Virus genome (UHGV): UHGV-0008299
DNA: 20,928 nt
Origin: a virus
Strand: one strand, 5' to 3'
The position numbers and the translations under genes were made by a program. A model generated the notes under the pieces. It made no database searches, had not been told where the DNA came from, and was given only the letters and a program-made list of their open reading frames with translations. This document shows positions 17,750-20,928 of this stretch, one piece after another (position 1 is the stretch's first letter; each line of letters opens with the position of its first letter).

Positions 17750-20695
17750 ATGACAGACATTACAGCCAATGTGATCGTATCGATGCCTTCGCAACTCTTC
17801 ACTATGGCGCGTTCTTTTAAAGCCGTAGCCAATGGTAAAATTTATATCGGTAAAATTGACACTGACCCGGTAAACCCTGAAAACCAGATTCAGGTTTATG
17901 TGGAGAACGAAGACGGCTCTCACGTTCCTGTTTCGCAACCAATCATCATTAACGCCGCTGGTTATCCTGTATATAACGGACAGATTGCCAAATTCGTAAC
18001 TGAGCAAGGCCATTCTATGGCTGTTTATGATGCGTATGGTGCACAGCAGTTCTATTTTCCTAATGTGCTGAAGTATGATCCTGATCAGCTACGGCAGCAA
18101 TTAGAAGACCCAGATGGAGCGGATAAATACCCAAAACTTCAGATAGCAAGATGGAGAGACAGTTATGATCTAAGAGGTTGGGGGGCTATTGGTGATGGTG
18201 TTCATGATGACACATCAGCTCTATCAGAATTACTTTCTGTTGCAACAGGTGGTGAAAAGATAGATGGGCGAGGGCTTACTTTTAAAGTGTCAACTCTTCC
18301 GGATGTCAGTCGATTTAAAAATGCTCGTTTTTTATTTGAGAGAATACCGGGTCAGCCTCTTTTTTATGCTTCTGAAGATTTTATCCAGGGAGAGTTGTTT
18401 AAAATTACAGATACACCGTGGTACAACGCCTGGACGCAGGATAAAACGTTTGTATATGACAATGTCATCTATGCGCCTTTTATGGCTGGAGACCGCCATG
18501 GTGTAAATAACCTCCATGTTGCATGGGTTCGCTCAGGAGATGACGGGAAGACCTGGACAACGCCGGAATGGCTTACAGATTTACATGAAAACTATCCCAC
18601 AGTTAACTATCACTGCATGAGTATGGGGGTTGTCAGAAATCGCCTTTTTGCTGTAATTGAGACGCGGACCGTGAGCGGAAATAAACTGCAGGTTGCAGAG
18701 TTGTGGGATCGCCCAATGAGTCGCAGCCTTCGCGTTTATGGTGGTATAACGAAAGCAGCAAATCAGCAAGTCGCTTATATTCGCATTACTGATCACGGAT
18801 TATTTGCTGGTGATTTTGTCAACTTCTCAAACTCTGGTGTTACAGGTGTTACCGGGAATATGACGGTGACTACTGTTATTGATAAAAATACTTTTACAGT
18901 TACGACGCAAAATACCCAGGATGTGGATCAGAATAACGAGGGTAGATACTGGAGTTTTGGTACATCATTTCACTCGTCACCATGGAGAAAAACCCGTCTT
19001 GGAACTATTCCTTCTTTTGTTGACGGAAGCACTCCTGTTACTGAGATTCACAGTTTTGCGACGATTAGCGATAACAGTTTTGCTGTTGGCTACCATAATG
19101 GTGATATTGGGCCACGCGAGCTTGGGATACTCTATTTCTCTGATGCTTTCGGTTCTCCTGGTAGCTTTGTTCGCAGACGCATACCTGCAGAATATGAGGC
19201 GAATGCATCTGAGCCATGTGTAAAATATTATGATGGCATTCTGTATCTGACGACCAGGGGAACATTAAGTACTCAACCCGGTAGTTCATTACACAGAAGC
19301 TCTGATTTAGGTGCATCATGGAATTCTCTTCGCTTCCCAAATAATGTTCATCACTCAAACCTTCCTTTTGCCAAAGTTGGCGATGAGCTGATTATTTTTG
19401 GCAGTGAGCGCGCATTTGGTGAGTGGGAAGGAGGAGAACCTGATAACCGTTATGCAGGAAATTATCCAAGAACATTTATGACCAGAGTTAACGTCAATGA
19501 GTGGAGTCTGGATAATGTAGAGTGGGTTAATGTTACTGATCAGATTTATCAGGGCGGAATAGTTAACTCTGCGGTTGGTGTTGGTTCAGTTTGTATCAAA
19601 GACAACTGGCTGTACTACATTTTCGGTGGGGAAGACTTTCTAAACCCATGGAGCATAGGGGATAACAACAGAAAATATCCTTATGTTCACGATGGTCACC
19701 CGGCTGATTTGTATTGTTTCAGGGTAAAAATTAAACAGGAAGAATTTGTTTCAAGGGATTTTGTCTACGGAGCCACTCCTAACAGAACGCTTCCTACTTT
19801 TATGTCGACGTCAGGCGTGAGGACGGTTCCTGTACCCGTTGATTTCACAGATGATGTTGCCGTCCAGTCACTGACTGTCCATGCCGGTACATCAGGACAA
19901 GTTCGCGCGGAAGTCAAACTTGAGGGTAATTACGCCATTATTGCGAAGAAAGTACCGTCTGATGATGTTACCGCTCAGAGATTAATCGTTAGCGGCGGTG
20001 AAACAACGTCTTCAGCAGATGGTGCAATGATAACGTTGCATGGTTCCGGAAGCAGTACTCCACGTCGCGCGGTATATAACGCACTCGAACATCTTTTTGA
20101 GAACGGAGATGTTAAACCTTATCTTGATAATGTAAATGCTCTTGGTGGTCCGGGAAACAGGTTCTCGACAGTTTATCTTGGCTCCAACCCTGTAGTTACC
20201 AGTGACGGAACATTAAAGACAGAGCCGGTCTCTCCTGATGAAGCATTGCTGGATGCCTGGGGTGACGTCAGGTATATCGCTTATAAATGGCTGAACGCTG
20301 TCGCTATAAAGGGGGAAGAAGGGGCGAGGATACATCATGGTGTAATCGCGCAGCAACTTCGTGATGTTCTTATTTCTCACGGACTCATGGAAGAAGAAAG
20401 CACAACATGCCGCTATGCCTTTCTTTGTTATGACGATTATCCCGCAGTATATGATGACGTCATTACTGGCCAAAGGGAAATGCCGCTGACTGATAATGAC
20501 GGGAGCATCATTGTTGATGAGGATGATAATCCAGTGATGGTAATGGAAGACATCATTGAGCGCGTTGAAATAACGCCAGCAGGATCTAGATGGGGGGTCA
20601 GACCTGATCTCTTATTCTATATCGAGGCAGCATGGCAGCGCAGAGAAATAGAAAGAATAAAAGCTAGGTTAGACTTAATAGAAGGGAAGCACTAA
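17750..20695 (+). CDS. Tailspike: P22-type head-binding domain fused to a sialidase-like (endosialidase-type) receptor domain and C-terminal intramolecular chaperone domain
   Basis: 981 aa. The first ~115 residues ([11 protein letters not shown]...VLKYDPDQ) parallel the P22 gp9 head-binding domain. Downstream there are two Asp-box motifs (SGDDGKTW at 18533-18556, SSDLGASW at 19298-19321) and a C-terminal region with an S-x4-K motif (SDGTLK, 20201-20218) and ...[20 protein letters not shown]..., resembling the self-cleaving chaperone domain of K1 endosialidases. Confidence 0.8.
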   Translation: MTDITANVIVSMPSQLFTMARSFKAVANGKIYIGKIDTDPVNPENQIQVYVENEDGSHVPVSQPIIINAAGYPVYNGQIAKFVTEQGHSMAVYDAYGAQQFYFPNVLKYDPDQLRQQLEDPDGADKYPKLQIARWRDSYDLRGWGAIGDGVHDDTSALSELLSVATGGEKIDGRGLTFKVSTLPDVSRFKNARFLFERIPGQPLFYASEDFIQGELFKITDTPWYNAWTQDKTFVYDNVIYAPFMAGDRHGVNNLHVAWVRSGDDGKTWTTPEWLTDLHENYPTVNYHCMSMGVVRNRLFAVIETRTVSGNKLQVAELWDRPMSRSLRVYGGITKAANQQVAYIRITDHGLFAGDFVNFSNSGVTGVTGNMTVTTVIDKNTFTVTTQNTQDVDQNNEGRYWSFGTSFHSSPWRKTRLGTIPSFVDGSTPVTEIHSFATISDNSFAVGYHNGDIGPRELGILYFSDAFGSPGSFVRRRIPAEYEANASEPCVKYYDGILYLTTRGTLSTQPGSSLHRSSDLGASWNSLRFPNNVHHSNLPFAKVGDELIIFGSERAFGEWEGGEPDNRYAGNYPRTFMTRVNVNEWSLDNVEWVNVTDQIYQGGIVNSAVGVGSVCIKDNWLYYIFGGEDFLNPWSIGDNNRKYPYVHDGHPADLYCFRVKIKQEEFVSRDFVYGATPNRTLPTFMSTSGVRTVPVPVDFTDDVAVQSLTVHAGTSGQVRAEVKLEGNYAIIAKKVPSDDVTAQRLIVSGGETTSSADGAMITLHGSGSSTPRRAVYNALEHLFENGDVKPYLDNVNALGGPGNRFSTVYLGSNPVVTSDGTLKTEPVSPDEALLDAWGDVRYIAYKWLNAVAIKGEEGARIHHGVIAQQLRDVLISHGLMEEESTTCRYAFLCYDDYPAVYDDVITGQREMPLTDNDGSIIVDEDDNPVMVMEDIIERVEITPAGSRWGVRPDLLFYIEAAWQRREIERIKARLDLIEGKH

Positions 20696-20802
20696 ATGTT
20701 TCGTTGGTGTCAAAAATATGAACTGCTCACATAAAGAAGTAAGTACATTGGCAAAAAACATTGACGCCAACGAAATTAAATATAAAAATTTAAATGCTTT
20801 TT

Positions 20803-20832
20803 AATGACAAGAAAAGTAACTAGTGGTAAAAT
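20803..20832 (+). promoter_or_regulatory. Candidate sigma70 promoter for the downstream repeat-containing gene
   Basis: -35-like ATGACA/TGACAA at 20803-20809 and an extended -10 TGgTAAAAT at 20824-20832, followed by a tagga Shine-Dalgarno at 20837-20841, 7 nt before ATG 20849. Confidence 0.35.
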
Positions 20833-20848
20833 AACGTAGGATACTAAT

Positions 20849-20928
20849 ATGTCAAGACTCAAGACTCAAGACTCAAGACTCAAGACTCAAGACTCAAGAC
20901 TCAAGACTCAAGACTCAAGACTCAAGAC
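20849..20928 (+). CDS. neuO: Start of neuO-like phase-variable O-acetyltransferase gene (5' end only; continues beyond window)
   Basis: ATG at 20849, then in-frame AAGACTC heptanucleotide repeats encoding MSRLKTQDSRLKTQD... This matches the known 5' repeat tract of CUS-3 neuO. Only 80 nt lie in the window. Confidence 0.75.
   Translation, partial: MSRLKTQDSRLKTQDSRLKTQDSRLK
20852..20928. repeat. Heptanucleotide tandem repeat (AAGACTC)n, at least 10 perfect copies, truncated by the window edge
   Basis: Perfect 7-nt periodicity from 20854 to the window end (10 full units plus a partial). It lies within the 5' coding region of the ORF starting at 20849. Confidence 0.95.

Noticed and set aside
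17690-18013. 107-aa minus-strand ORF overlapping the tailspike start
   Set aside because: Antisense to the conserved head-binding domain coding region and crossing the ant terminator. No start context.
20852-20928. Possible CRISPR array or simple satellite
   Set aside because: The repeat unit is 7 nt with no spacers, and lies in frame directly after an ATG with a Shine-Dalgarno. This matches an intragenic phase-variation tract, not a CRISPR array.
1-20928. Identification as Salmonella phage P22 itself
   Set aside because: Gene order is P22-like, but the terminase is Sf6-type, the coat differs from P22 gp5, the tailspike receptor domain is sialidase-like, and a neuO-type repeat gene follows the tailspike. 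Together these point to a CUS-3-like E. coli K1 prophage.

Overview
This window reads as the late (morphogenetic) region of a P22-like temperate podovirus prophage, with an Sf6-type terminase and an immI/tailspike arrangement that matches the E. coli K1 prophage CUS-3. All calls are from reading the translated ORFs and the DNA by eye; no searches were run. Left to right: 3' ends of an embedded Rz/Rz1 spanin pair, a terminator plus a 19-bp perfect hairpin, a small ORF, small and large terminase, portal, scaffold, coat, gp4, gp10, an inserted HNH endonuclease, tail needle gp26, gp14, ejection proteins gp7/gp20/gp16, then the immI region (three AT-rich minus-strand cargo genes, mnt, arc, ant), a mosaic tailspike, and the start of a neuO-like gene carrying AAGACTC heptanucleotide repeats. 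The best candidate for an undescribed system is the three-gene cargo block at 14910..16151, two genes of which are translationally coupled downstream of the lysogenic repressor gene mnt, at the position where P22 carries sieA. Its function is unknown and is inferred only from context and protein features.
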